A DNA stretch of 64,000 nt from an uncultured Actinomycetes bacterium. GTDB lineage: Bacteria; Actinomycetota; Thermoleophilia; Gaiellales; Gaiellaceae. Positions 1-9,147 of this stretch are shown one piece after another. A program made the translations under genes and the position numbers. The notes below the pieces were generated by a model. That model was not told the origin of the DNA. It made no database searches and was given only the letters and a program-made list of their open reading frames with translations. Position 1 is the stretch's first letter. Each line of letters begins with the position of its first letter. The stretch is from contig CAWBSE010000003.1 of assembly GCA_963791425.1 (NCBI GenBank), positions 858,078 through 922,077 on the forward strand. Direction: 5' to 3'.

Positions 1-523
1 CGTCCAGGTCGATCCGCTCCAGCACTTCGCGCCGGTAGCACTTGAACCCGCCGGTGAGGTCGCGGACGGGTGCGGCGAGCAGCGCCTGCGCGTACAGGGA
101 GCCCGCCCGCGAGACGAAACGGCGACTCGCCCCCCAGTCCTCCACCCGGCCGCCGTCCACGTAGCGCGAGCCGAGCACCACGTCCGCGTCCGCGGCCGCC
201 GCGATCAGGCGCGGAACGTCGTCCGGGTCGTGGGAGAAGTCGCAGTCCATCTCGAGCACGAGGTCGGCGCCGTCGGCGAGCGCGCGCTTGAATCCCGCGA
301 GGTACGCCGGGCCGAGGCCCTCCTTCGTCGCGCGGTGGAGCACGGCCACCCGCGGCTCGCGTGCCGCCAGCGCGTCGGCCAGGTCGCCGGTGCCGTCGGG
401 CGAGCCGTCGTCGATCACGAGGATCGAGTCGTCGGGCCCGAGCCGCTCGAGCAGCGCGGCGACCATCGGCTCGAGGTTCTCGCGCTCGTTGTACGTGGGG
501 AGGCAGATCGTGGTCTTGTGCAC
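1..523 (-). CDS. GT2-family polyprenol/dolichol-phosphate mannosyltransferase (Ppm1/DPM1-like); 3' end runs off the window
   Basis: Not in the ORF track because it is open at the window edge. My reverse-strand translation from GTG (523): VHKTTICLPTYNERENLEPMVAALLERLGPDDSILVIDDGSPDGTGDLAD...LVLEMDCDFSHDPDDVPRLI...GSRYVDGGRVEDWG. This is the typical GT2/DPM-synthase pattern. Confidence 0.8.
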   Translation of the reverse strand, partial: MHKTTICLPTYNERENLEPMVAALLERLGPDDSILVIDDGSPDGTGDLADALAAREPRVAVLHRATKEGLGPAYLAGFKRALADGADLVLEMDCDFSHDPDDVPRLIAAAADADVVLGSRYVDGGRVEDWGASRRFVSRAGSLYAQALLAAPVRDLTGGFKCYRREVLERIDLD

Positions 524-530
524 GGTCCCT

Positions 531-2237
531 ATGATCGCGGCAGTGGCGCTTCCCCGGAACGCAGAGGTGGTCGAGCAGCTCGAACTGCTCGCCGACATGC
601 TCGAGCTGGAGGGCACGGAGACGTTTCGTGTGCTGGCGTACCGCCGCGCCGCGCAGCGGATCGGCGAGACCGGCGGCTCGATCGCGCAGCTCGCCCTGGA
701 CGGCAAGGCGAAGGAGCTGCAGGGCATCGGGAAGACGATCGAGGAGAAGATCGTCCAGATCGTCGAGACGGGCGAGATCGAGGCGCTGACCAAGCGGAAA
801 GCGCGGATCCCGGCCGACGTGGTCGCGTTCATGGGGCTTCCCGGTCTCGGCCCGAAGACCGCGCGGCGGATCTGGCTCGAGCTCGACGTGACCACGCTCG
901 AGGGTCTGCGCGACGCGGCCGAGCACCAGCGCCTGCGGACGCTCACCGGGCTCGGCCCGAAGGTCGAGGAGAACGTGCTGAAGGCGCTGAAGGAGCGCTC
1001 GAAGCCGAAGGCCCCCACGCGCCCGCTGCTCGGCAACGGGCTGCCTGCCGTCGTCGCCGCAGTCGAGGCCCTGCGCGCCCATCCCGCGGCCGACCAGGTC
1101 TCGGAGGCGGGCAGCGTCCGCCGTCGCCGGGAGACCTTCCGCGACCTCGACATCATCGCTACCGCGACCGACGCGAAGGCCCTGATCGACGCGTTCACCG
1201 GCTCCGACTGGGTGGCCGACGTGGTCGCGAAGGGCGGGACGAAGGCGACCGTGATCTCCCAGGAGGGCCTCCGTTTCGACCTTCGCGTCGTTCCGCCGGA
1301 GTGCTACGGCAACCTGCTGCAGCACTTCACCGGCTCGAAGAACCACAACGTCGCGATGCGCGAGGAGGCACAGCGGCGCGGGCTGTCGATCTCCGAGTAC
1401 GGGATCACCGAGGTCGAGTCGGGCGAGGTGCACACGTTCACCGACGAGCGCGAGCTGTACGAGTGGCTCGGCTACCAGTTCATCCCGCCCGAGCTGCGCG
1501 AGGCGGCGGGCGAGCTGGAGGCGGCACGCGCCGGCGAATTGCCCACGCTCGTCGAGGAGAAGGATCTCCGCGGCGATCTGCACTCGCACACGACGTGGTC
1601 GCAGGACGGCAAGAGCACGATGGCCGAGATGGCGGCCGCGGCGAAGGCGCGCGGCTACGCGTACCTCGCGGTCACCGACCACTCGCACTACCTCCGCGAC
1701 GGCCGGCTGGAGGCGCAGGCCGAGGAGCTCGCCGCGCTGAACGCGAAGCTGAAGCCGTTCCGGCTGCTGCACGGCGTCGAGGCGAACATCAAGGCGAACG
1801 GGACGATCGACGTTCCGGACGAGACGCTCGCCGGGCTCGACTGGGTGGTCGCGTCGATCCATGCCGCCTTCACGACCTCGCCGACCGAGCGGGTGATCGC
1901 CGCGATGGAGAACCCGCACGTCGACGTGATCGGCCACCTCACCGGCCGGAGGATCAACAAGCGGGCGCCGATGGACATCGACCTCGAGCGGGTGTTCGAG
2001 AAGGCGGTCGAGACCGGCACCGCGATCGAGATCAACTCGCAGCCCGACCGCCTCGACATGCGCGACGCCGACGCGCGCCTCGCCGGCGAGCGCGGCGTGC
2101 GCATCACCATCGCGACGGACGCCCACGCGGTCACGTCGCTCGACTACATGCGGCTTGGCGTCGGCCAGGCCCGGCGGGCGTGGCTGACGAAGGAGCAGAT
2201 CGTGAACACGCGCCCCTGGTCGAAGGTGAAGAAATAG
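531..2237 (+). CDS. polX: DNA polymerase/3'-5' exonuclease PolX (Pol X core plus C-terminal PHP domain)
   Basis: Frame of ORF 288..2237 with ATG at 531 (MIAAVALPRNAEVVEQLELLADMLELEG). HhH motifs GIGKTIEEKI and LPGLGPKTARRIW. PHP motifs DLHSHTTWSQDG and AVTDHSHY. Confidence 0.9.
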   Translation: MIAAVALPRNAEVVEQLELLADMLELEGTETFRVLAYRRAAQRIGETGGSIAQLALDGKAKELQGIGKTIEEKIVQIVETGEIEALTKRKARIPADVVAFMGLPGLGPKTARRIWLELDVTTLEGLRDAAEHQRLRTLTGLGPKVEENVLKALKERSKPKAPTRPLLGNGLPAVVAAVEALRAHPAADQVSEAGSVRRRRETFRDLDIIATATDAKALIDAFTGSDWVADVVAKGGTKATVISQEGLRFDLRVVPPECYGNLLQHFTGSKNHNVAMREEAQRRGLSISEYGITEVESGEVHTFTDERELYEWLGYQFIPPELREAAGELEAARAGELPTLVEEKDLRGDLHSHTTWSQDGKSTMAEMAAAAKARGYAYLAVTDHSHYLRDGRLEAQAEELAALNAKLKPFRLLHGVEANIKANGTIDVPDETLAGLDWVVASIHAAFTTSPTERVIAAMENPHVDVIGHLTGRRINKRAPMDIDLERVFEKAVETGTAIEINSQPDRLDMRDADARLAGERGVRITIATDAHAVTSLDYMRLGVGQARRAWLTKEQIVNTRPWSKVKK

Positions 2238-3529
2238 CCACCTTCAGGGAAGACGGGCACCGCGCGATCGACTGGGCGGCCGACTACCTCGAGGGCGTCG
2301 GCGACCTGCCGGTGCTGGCGCAGGTGAAGCCCGGCGACATCCGCGCGAAGCTGCCGGCGTCGCCGCCGGAGCAGGCGGAGAGCTTCGACGCCGTGCTGCG
2401 CGACCTCGACGAGATCCTGCTCCCCGGCGTCACGCACTGGCAGCATCCGCGGTTCTTCGCGTACTTCGCCGTGTCCGGCTCCGAGCCGGGGATCCTGGCC
2501 GAGCTGCTCGCCGCCACGCTGAACAACGTCGGCTTCCTCTGGCGCACGGCTCCCGCGTCCACCGAGCTCGAGTTGCTGGTCGCCGACTGGGTCGCCCAGC
2601 TGATCGGGCTGCCGGCCGGCTGGCACGGGCACATCGAGGACACCGCCTCCACGTCGACGCTCGCAGCGCTGATCGCCGCGCGGCGCACGACCGGCCGCAA
2701 CGTCGTCGTCTGCTCGCCGCACACGCACTCGGCCACGCACAAGGCGGCGCAGATGCTCGGGATGGAGCTGCGGGAGACCGCCGCCGACGACGAGTACCGC
2801 ATGATCCCGGGCTCGGTGGCGCTCGACGACGCCGCCGTCGTCGTCGCGACGGTCGGGACGACGTCCACCGCCTCGGTCGACCCGCTCCCGGCGGTGGCCG
2901 AGTGGAGCAAACAGGCCGGTGCCTGGCTGCACGTCGACGCCGCCTACGCCGGCTCCGCGATGGTCTGCCCCGAGCTGCGCTGGGCGTTCGCGGGGATCGA
3001 TCAGGCCGACTCGCTGGTGATCAACCCGCACAAGTGGATGTTCACGCCGATGGACTGCTCGCTGCTCTGGACGAGCCGCCCGGACGAGTTCCGTGCCGCG
3101 TTCTCGCTCGTCCCCGAGTTCCTGCGGACGACCGACGAGGGCGAGCTCAACATCAGCGAGTACGGCCCGGCGCTCGGCCGCCGCTTCCGTTCGCTGAAGC
3201 TCTGGGCGGTGCTGCGCTGCTACGGCGCGGAGGGTCTCCGCGCCCGCGTGCGTGAGGCGATCCGCCTCGCGGAGCTGTTCGAGGGCTGGGTGCGCGACGA
3301 GCCCGGCTGGGAGGTCTGCGCGCCACGCCACTTCTCGCTCGTCTGCTTCCGGCGTGACGGCACCGACGAGGAGAACGCCGAGACCCTCGAGCGCGTGAAT
3401 TCGAGCGGCGAGATCTTCATCTCGCACACCAGGCTCGACGGGCGGTACGTCCTGCGCCTTGCCGTCGGCAACGACCGCACGACCGAGGACGACGTTCGGC
3501 GCGCGTGGGACGTCCTACGTCCTGGGTAA
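2180..3529 (+). CDS. PLP-dependent group II decarboxylase (aromatic-L-amino-acid/tyrosine decarboxylase-like)
   Basis: Last ~450 aa of frame 230..3529: EEIATFREDGHRAIDWAADYLE..HWQHPRFFAYFAVSGSEPGILAELL..SLVINPHKWMF (PLP-lysine motif). Start uncertain: nearest in-frame GTG is 2180, overlapping polX by 58 nt. Confidence 0.8.
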   Translation: MADEGADREHAPLVEGEEIATFREDGHRAIDWAADYLEGVGDLPVLAQVKPGDIRAKLPASPPEQAESFDAVLRDLDEILLPGVTHWQHPRFFAYFAVSGSEPGILAELLAATLNNVGFLWRTAPASTELELLVADWVAQLIGLPAGWHGHIEDTASTSTLAALIAARRTTGRNVVVCSPHTHSATHKAAQMLGMELRETAADDEYRMIPGSVALDDAAVVVATVGTTSTASVDPLPAVAEWSKQAGAWLHVDAAYAGSAMVCPELRWAFAGIDQADSLVINPHKWMFTPMDCSLLWTSRPDEFRAAFSLVPEFLRTTDEGELNISEYGPALGRRFRSLKLWAVLRCYGAEGLRARVREAIRLAELFEGWVRDEPGWEVCAPRHFSLVCFRRDGTDEENAETLERVNSSGEIFISHTRLDGRYVLRLAVGNDRTTEDDVRRAWDVLRPG

Positions 3530-4564
3530 CAGCACGATCATGATCGCGTAGACGGCTACCAGCGCGATCGAGTCGATGCCGAGCCAGAGGAACGTGCGCT
3601 TCGGCCGCGCGATCACCGCCGCCGCCGCGATCCCGGTCATCAGCAGCCCGGCGGCGCCGAGCCACACGTCCGAGCCGCGTGCGGCGACGATCACGGGAGT
3701 GCCGGCGATCAGGTCGGCCAGCAGAAAGAGCGTCAGCTGGAACGAGTTCCCGCCGAAGATGTCGCCCATCGCGAGCTGGTGGTCGCCGAGGCGGACGGCC
3801 GCGATGCCGCTCGAGATCTCCGGCAGGGCGGTCGCCGCGGCCAGGATCGTCGCTCCGAAGACGGCGCCCTGCATGCCCCAGCGTCCGGCCAGCTGGCTGC
3901 CCGACGACTGCAGACTGACGCCCGCGGCGAGCGTGACCGCGGAGGCGAGGCCGAAGACGAGCACGACGAACGCCGTCGAGCGCTTGGTGTACGGCCGTTC
4001 CTCCTGCTCGTGCGGCTCGCGCCGGTGACGCCGCCCGGGCACGCTCCCCGGCATCTCGATCTTCCAGTCGCCGTGCAGACGCACCTGGTTGACGACCCAC
4101 AGGCCGCCGAGCCAGAGGACGACGGCCAGGATGGACGTCGGGCTGACACCGCCGATGCTCGTCGACGCCGGCAGCGCCGCACCGCCGAGCACGGTCGCGA
4201 GCACGACGATGACGACCAGCGCTTCCAGGACGGGGATGAGCGAGCCGACCAGGAAGCTCAGCGGGCGCTTCTTGCCGGCCGCGCCGTCGAGTGCGACGAG
4301 GACGAGCGTCTGGATCGCGATCCCGCCGATCAGGTTGCCCACCGCCAACGAGAGATGCCCCGCGATGCACGCCGAGGTGACGATCGCGATCTCGGGGAGC
4401 GTCCCCGCGATCGCCAGCAGGACGGCCCCGCCGAGCGCCTCGCCGAGGTTCAGGCGCCGGTCGAGCGAGTCGGTCGCCTTCGAGAGGAAGGTGCCGGCGA
4501 CCCAGGTCGCTGCGGCGCCCGCGACGAACACGGCGACCAGCAGCGGAGTGGACAGGCTGCCCAC
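3515..4564 (-). CDS. Ca2+/cation antiporter family membrane protein (CaCA, YrbG-like)
   Basis: 349-aa polytopic ORF with two alpha-repeat-like motifs, GEALGGAVLLAIAGTLPEI and GDIFGGNSFQLTL/ATALPEISSGI. Confidence 0.8.
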   Translation of the reverse strand: MGSLSTPLLVAVFVAGAAATWVAGTFLSKATDSLDRRLNLGEALGGAVLLAIAGTLPEIAIVTSACIAGHLSLAVGNLIGGIAIQTLVLVALDGAAGKKRPLSFLVGSLIPVLEALVVIVVLATVLGGAALPASTSIGGVSPTSILAVVLWLGGLWVVNQVRLHGDWKIEMPGSVPGRRHRREPHEQEERPYTKRSTAFVVLVFGLASAVTLAAGVSLQSSGSQLAGRWGMQGAVFGATILAAATALPEISSGIAAVRLGDHQLAMGDIFGGNSFQLTLFLLADLIAGTPVIVAARGSDVWLGAAGLLMTGIAAAAVIARPKRTFLWLGIDSIALVAVYAIMIVLLPRT

Positions 4565-4583
4565 CCGTCTAGCCTACGGCCAC

Positions 4584-5099
4584 GTGTTCCCCCGCGAGGT
4601 CGAGACCGAACGACTGCTGCTCCGCCAATGGGCCGAGGACGACGCCGGGCCGTTGGCGGAGATTTACGAGCAGCCCGAGTACCTGGAGACGATGCCCGCG
4701 CTCGACCTCGAGGGCACGCGCGCGCAGGTGAGCCGGTTCATGCTCAGCTGGGAGGTGGACGGGTACTCGCAGTGGGCGGCCTGCGACCGGGCGACCGGCC
4801 GGCTGATCGGGCGGATCGGCGTGCTCTGCCACCACGACTGGCCACTCTCCGACCGTCCGGTTCCAGAAGTCGGCTGGGTGCTCCACCGGGACGTCTGGGG
4901 GCGCGGCCTCGCCACCGAGGGCGGGCAGGCCGGGGTCGACGCGTGGCGCGGCCACCTGCCGGACGAGCCGCTCCTCTACTCGTTCACGACCGCGAACAAC
5001 GTCCGCTCGCGCGCGGTGATGGCGCGGCTCGGCTTCACCGAGCAGGGCACGGCCGCCTGGCGCGGCTACGACATCGTCTGGCACTCACTCGCCAGATAA
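4584..5099 (+). CDS. GNAT family N-acetyltransferase (RimJ/RimL-like)
   Basis: In-frame GTG at 4584 within ORF 4089..5099. VFPREVETERLLLRQWAEDDAGPLAEIY...GRIGV..VGWVLHRDVWGRGLATEG...MARLGF is typical of acetyltransferase_3-type GNATs. Confidence 0.75.
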   Translation: MFPREVETERLLLRQWAEDDAGPLAEIYEQPEYLETMPALDLEGTRAQVSRFMLSWEVDGYSQWAACDRATGRLIGRIGVLCHHDWPLSDRPVPEVGWVLHRDVWGRGLATEGGQAGVDAWRGHLPDEPLLYSFTTANNVRSRAVMARLGFTEQGTAAWRGYDIVWHSLAR

Positions 5100-5642
5100 C
5101 GCTGCCAGCGCAGCGTCGTGCAGCGCGACCCGGTAGCGCCAGAACGCCCGGTCCGTGGCGAGCAGCCGCTCGCGCAGCGGCCCTGCGAGCTCCTCGGCCG
5201 TGCCCCACCGCGCCTCGGCGATCTCCTCGAGGTCGTGCGGCGTGATCTCCTCGTCGGTCGTGGTCGCCGAGAAGACGTGCGTCCGCCAGTCGAGCACCCG
5301 GCCGTCGTGCGCGAACCGCGCGTGCGTCTCGACCAGGTAGCGGTCGAGCTCGACTCGCAGGCCCGTCTCCTCGTACGCCTCCCGCAGCACGGCTTCGACG
5401 AAGTCCTCGCCCTCCTTGACGCCGCCGCCCGGCGGCCGCCACATGTCCGGCGCGAACGGGTGCTTGCGGATCAACGCGAGTCGCTCGCCGTTGAAGATGA
5501 ACAGCGTGACGTCGTGGGTGCGCACCGGGTTGTAGGTGGCGATCCCGTACTCGCGCTCGGAGATGTCGCCCTCCCACTCCAGGATCACGGGCTCCCCGTA
5601 ACGGGCGCGGATCGGGGCCAGGACTTCGTCCGTGAGGTGCAT
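5085..5642 (-). CDS. NUDIX hydrolase
   Basis: ATG at 5642 (MHLTDEVLAPIRARYGEP). Nudix box GGGVKEGEDFVEAVLREAYEETGL. Confidence 0.85.
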   Translation of the reverse strand: MHLTDEVLAPIRARYGEPVILEWEGDISEREYGIATYNPVRTHDVTLFIFNGERLALIRKHPFAPDMWRPPGGGVKEGEDFVEAVLREAYEETGLRVELDRYLVETHARFAHDGRVLDWRTHVFSATTTDEEITPHDLEEIAEARWGTAEELAGPLRERLLATDRAFWRYRVALHDAALAALSGE

Positions 5643-6358
5643 CAGAGCTGCCGCAGCAGGTCGACGAGCGCGGCCGTTCCCTCGACGACGACATCGGCCG
5701 CGCCGGCCAGCTCGCCCGGGCTCTCGGCGGAGACCACCGCGACCCGCACCGCCAGGTCGAGGTCGTCGAGCCCGCGGAACGCCTCCAGATCGGTCGAGTC
5801 GTCCCCGGCGTAGAGCGCCCGCTGGAGCCCGCGTTCGTCGAGCAGCGCGCGTACTGCGGTGCCCTTGTTCGCGTCGACCGGCGGTAGCACCTCCAGCACC
5901 TTTCGCCCCCAGCGCGCGCGCAGACCCAGCGCCTCCGCCTTCCGCTCGACCTCCTGCAGCGATGCGACCGCCGCGGCCTCGTCGGGCGCCGTCCGGTAGT
6001 GAAAGGCCGCCGAGAACTGTTTTCGCTCCGGCTCCCAGCCGCTCTCTGCGACCAGCTGGTCGAGCTCGTCGCCCCACTCCTCGGCGCGCGGGTCGAAGCC
6101 CATCCCGTGCTCGCCGACATAGGTCAGCTCGGGGACGCCCACCACCCGGCGTGCATCCCCCTCGGTGCGGCCGCTGACGCAGGCGACCAGTGCGTACCGC
6201 CGGGCGAGGCCCCGCAGGATCTCGCGGGTCTCCTCGGGGACGGACGCGGCGTCCGGCGTGTCGACGATCGGCGCGAGCGTGCCGTCCACGTCGAGCAGCA
6301 CGCCCGCCTCGTCGGGGCGGGCGGCGAGGCGTGCGACCGCGTCCGCCGGCTCGACCAT
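5642..6358 (-). CDS. otsB: Trehalose-6-phosphate phosphatase (HAD family)
   Basis: ATG at 6358 (MVEPADAVARL). HAD motif LLDVDGTLAPIV, KGTAVRALL and YAGDDSTDLEAF. Its stop shares 1 nt with the NUDIX start. Confidence 0.8.
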   Translation of the reverse strand: MVEPADAVARLAARPDEAGVLLDVDGTLAPIVDTPDAASVPEETREILRGLARRYALVACVSGRTEGDARRVVGVPELTYVGEHGMGFDPRAEEWGDELDQLVAESGWEPERKQFSAAFHYRTAPDEAAAVASLQEVERKAEALGLRARWGRKVLEVLPPVDANKGTAVRALLDERGLQRALYAGDDSTDLEAFRGLDDLDLAVRVAVVSAESPGELAGAADVVVEGTAALVDLLRQL

Positions 6359-6377
6359 CTGTGGAGAATAGGGAAGC

Positions 6378-6725
6378 GTGGTGCAGCTGGTCATGATCGG
6401 AATCGCGGCGGGCTTCTTCAGTGCGCTGTTCGGCGTCGGCGGCGGCATCGTGATCGTGCCGCTGCTGTTGCTCTCCGGCCGCTGGCTCGAGCGGCCCGCC
6501 ATGGCGACGTCGCTGGCCGCGATCGGCATCATCGCGGTCGTGGGCACGGTCTCCTACGGCTTCCACGGCGAGCTCGAGGCCGGCCCGGCGATGCTCGTCG
6601 GCATCCCCGCCGCCCTCGGCGCGATCGGCGGCACGGCGCTCCAGCAGCGAATTGCCGGCCGGACACTCTCGCTTCTCTTCGCCCTCCTCCTCGCCGGCAT
6701 CGGCGTGAAGCTGCTGATCGGATGA
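6378..6725 (+). CDS. TauE/SafE-family anion exporter, half-size (about 4 TM) subunit 1
   Basis: 115-aa ORF: MVQLVMIGIAAGFFSALFGVGGGIVIVPLLLL... The GxGGG motif is characteristic of TauE/SafE repeats. Confidence 0.7.
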   Translation: MVQLVMIGIAAGFFSALFGVGGGIVIVPLLLLSGRWLERPAMATSLAAIGIIAVVGTVSYGFHGELEAGPAMLVGIPAALGAIGGTALQQRIAGRTLSLLFALLLAGIGVKLLIG

Positions 6726-7105
6726 GCTGGGACGTCGTCCTGCTGGCGATCGGCCTCGGCGTGGTCGCCGGTGTCCTCGCGGGGCTGTTCGGCGTGGGTG
6801 GGGGCATCCTGTTCGTGCCGACGCTCGTGCTCGGCCTCGGCCTCACTCAGTTGCACGCCGAGGCGAGCTCGCTGCTGGCGATCATCCCGACCGTGATCGC
6901 CGGCACCTGGCGCCAGCAGAAGTACGGAAACGTGCGGTGGCGCCCGGCGATCATCCTCGGGATCGCCGCTGTGGCGGGGGTCGAGGGCGGTGTCGTCGTC
7001 GCCGAACGACTCCCGGAACACACGCTGCAACGGCTGTTCGGAGTGCTGATGATCGTGGTCGCGTCGCAGATCGCCTGGCGTGCGTGGCGGCGGCGACCAG
7101 CCTGA
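6722..7105 (+). CDS. TauE/SafE-family anion exporter, half-size subunit 2
   Basis: ATG at 6722 overlaps the upstream stop (ATGA). MSWDVVLLAIGLGVVAGVLAGLFGVGGGILFVPTLVL... is the second TauE-type repeat. Confidence 0.7.
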   Translation: MSWDVVLLAIGLGVVAGVLAGLFGVGGGILFVPTLVLGLGLTQLHAEASSLLAIIPTVIAGTWRQQKYGNVRWRPAIILGIAAVAGVEGGVVVAERLPEHTLQRLFGVLMIVVASQIAWRAWRRRPA

Positions 7106-7124
7106 GTGCCCATAATGAACTGCC

Positions 7125-8654
7125 GTGAAATGGCGCCTCAGCCTGTTCGTGGTCCCGGCCGCCGCCTGCGCTGCTCTTGCCGGCGGTGCGTCTGGGTCCC
7201 CTCCGGTCGCCCTGGGACCGCCGGCCACCGCCGACGGTCTCGCGATTCAGGTCGTCGGCACCGACCAGGCGCTGCTTGCCGCGACGAGTGAGGCGACCGC
7301 CCCGCCTGACGCCGACGTCCCCGACGCGGCCTTCGCGTACCCGGACGACGGCTCCGTGATCTCGGCCGACTCGACGTCCGCAAACGGTTCGGCGAGCGGC
7401 TCCGACGGCACGGCGAGCATGACGACGAAGGTGAGCAAGCTCTCGCTGTTCCTCGGCGAGATCACGGCCGACCAGGTCACCGCGTCGGTCAGTTCGGCCG
7501 GCACGGTCGGCGACCTCTCCGACTCGACTCTCGAGAATCTGATGGTCTTCGGCGCGCCCGTCGTGGTGGGGCCGAACGTGCGGATCGCGCTCGCGGACTG
7601 GGGCCACGCGGTGTTGCTCGCGCAGACGACGAAGAAGGGCGATGCCGGAACGCTGTCGTGGCGGGGCACGGTCACGGCGCTGGTCGTCCACCTCGACGCC
7701 GACCACGGAGGCCTGCCCGCCGGAAGCGAGATCCGGATCGGCTACGCCGACGCGTACGCCCGGCCGCCCGAGGCGGCGAGCACGACGACGACCGCCGCAG
7801 GGACGACGACGTCGGGCGGCGGCGCGATCGCGCCCCCGCGCATCCACCGGGTCGTCCCGCAGATGCCGGCGCCCGGGTTCGTGCCGGGAGCGGCGGCCGG
7901 CGTGAAGACGGCGGGGAAGAAGCCGAAGACCAAGGGCGGGCCGCTCGTCCTCACGCCCCCGACCGTGACGCCGAAGCTGACCTCCGGCGGCTACGTCTTC
8001 CCGGTCTACGGCCCGTCGGGTTACAGCGACACGTTCGGCGCCGCGCGCGCGGATGTCTCCGGGGGCTGGCACCACGGTGACGACATCTTTGCGCCCCTCG
8101 GGGCGCCGATCCTCGCGGTCGCCAACGGGACGGTCTTCTCGGTCGGCTGGAACGAGGTCGGCGGCTGGCGCCTGTGGTTGCGCGACCAGGGCGGGAACGA
8201 GTTCTACTACGCGCATCTCTCCGCCTACACGAGCCTGGCGGTGAACGGCCGGCACGTGAAGGCGGGCCAGGTGCTCGGGTTCGTCGGCAACACGGGCGAC
8301 GCGCAGGGCACGCCGTTCCATCTCCACTTCGAGGTGCACCCGGTCTCGATGCTGTTCCTCGGCTACGACGGCGCCGTCGACCCGACGAAGTACCTGGACG
8401 CGTGGAAGCGGCTCGACGACGTCCGCATCCTTCCGGCGGTGCCGGTGTACACGACGGCCGCGCAGAACTCGTCGGCCGCGAGCAGCGCGCCGGCGCCGGG
8501 CGCGATCCTGCTCGAGTCGAGCGACATCTCCACCGCGAGCGGCCTCGACCCCGGGTCGCTGCGTCGCGCGATGCGCGGGCCGGCTCCCGCCCAGGCGGGC
8601 GGCAGCTCGCCGGGAGACCTCCCGACGCCGCTGCCGATCCTCGATCGCGCCTAG
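7125..8654 (+). CDS. Secreted M23-family metallopeptidase
   Basis: Signal peptide MKWRLSLFVVPAAACAALAGGASG. C-terminal M23 motifs WHHGDDIFAPLGAPILAVANG and GNTGDAQGTPFHLHFEVHP. Confidence 0.85.
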   Translation: MKWRLSLFVVPAAACAALAGGASGSPPVALGPPATADGLAIQVVGTDQALLAATSEATAPPDADVPDAAFAYPDDGSVISADSTSANGSASGSDGTASMTTKVSKLSLFLGEITADQVTASVSSAGTVGDLSDSTLENLMVFGAPVVVGPNVRIALADWGHAVLLAQTTKKGDAGTLSWRGTVTALVVHLDADHGGLPAGSEIRIGYADAYARPPEAASTTTTAAGTTTSGGGAIAPPRIHRVVPQMPAPGFVPGAAAGVKTAGKKPKTKGGPLVLTPPTVTPKLTSGGYVFPVYGPSGYSDTFGAARADVSGGWHHGDDIFAPLGAPILAVANGTVFSVGWNEVGGWRLWLRDQGGNEFYYAHLSAYTSLAVNGRHVKAGQVLGFVGNTGDAQGTPFHLHFEVHPVSMLFLGYDGAVDPTKYLDAWKRLDDVRILPAVPVYTTAAQNSSAASSAPAPGAILLESSDISTASGLDPGSLRRAMRGPAPAQAGGSSPGDLPTPLPILDRA

Positions 8655-9080
8655 TTACGCGCCGTTGACGGACGAGTCGTCGAAGCCGAACTCGTCGCCA
8701 CCGCCGAACAGCTTGTCCTTCAGCCAGCGCCGCGTGTCCGGGCCCGTAACCGGGTTGTAGAGCACGACCGCGGTCACGCCCACGACGAGCAGGAACTTCG
8801 CGCCGCCGTGGCTCTTGTCGCGGCGTCCCTGCAGCCGCAGGGCGGCCTCACGGAGCTCGGCGAGGGCGACCCGGAGATTGGCCTGAATGTCCTGGTCGGT
8901 CGCAACGCGCGTGGCCGCGCTGACCACGCCGCGCGGGGCGATCAGTTCGTCGTAGATGACGCGGGCGGCGCCGTAGGCCGCTTTCGCGTGGTCGCGGAGC
9001 TCCTCGTCGTGCAGCGCACGATCCACGTACGGTTTCGCTGTCCCGGCCACATTTGCCACCTTGTCTGTCGTCGTCGGCAT
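8655..9080 (-). CDS. Hypothetical small membrane-anchored protein
   Basis: ATG at 9080 (MPTTTDKVANVAGTAKPYVDRALHDEELRDHAK...). One TM segment (FLLVVGVTAVVLY). GC3-rich codons. No family recognised. Confidence 0.55.
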   Translation of the reverse strand: MPTTTDKVANVAGTAKPYVDRALHDEELRDHAKAAYGAARVIYDELIAPRGVVSAATRVATDQDIQANLRVALAELREAALRLQGRRDKSHGGAKFLLVVGVTAVVLYNPVTGPDTRRWLKDKLFGGGDEFGFDDSSVNGA

Positions 9081-9147
9081 GGTTCGCGTCCTTTCGGTCG
9101 TAATACTTCGTCGAGTGTATCCCCAGGGAGACAGCTGCAAACGATAC

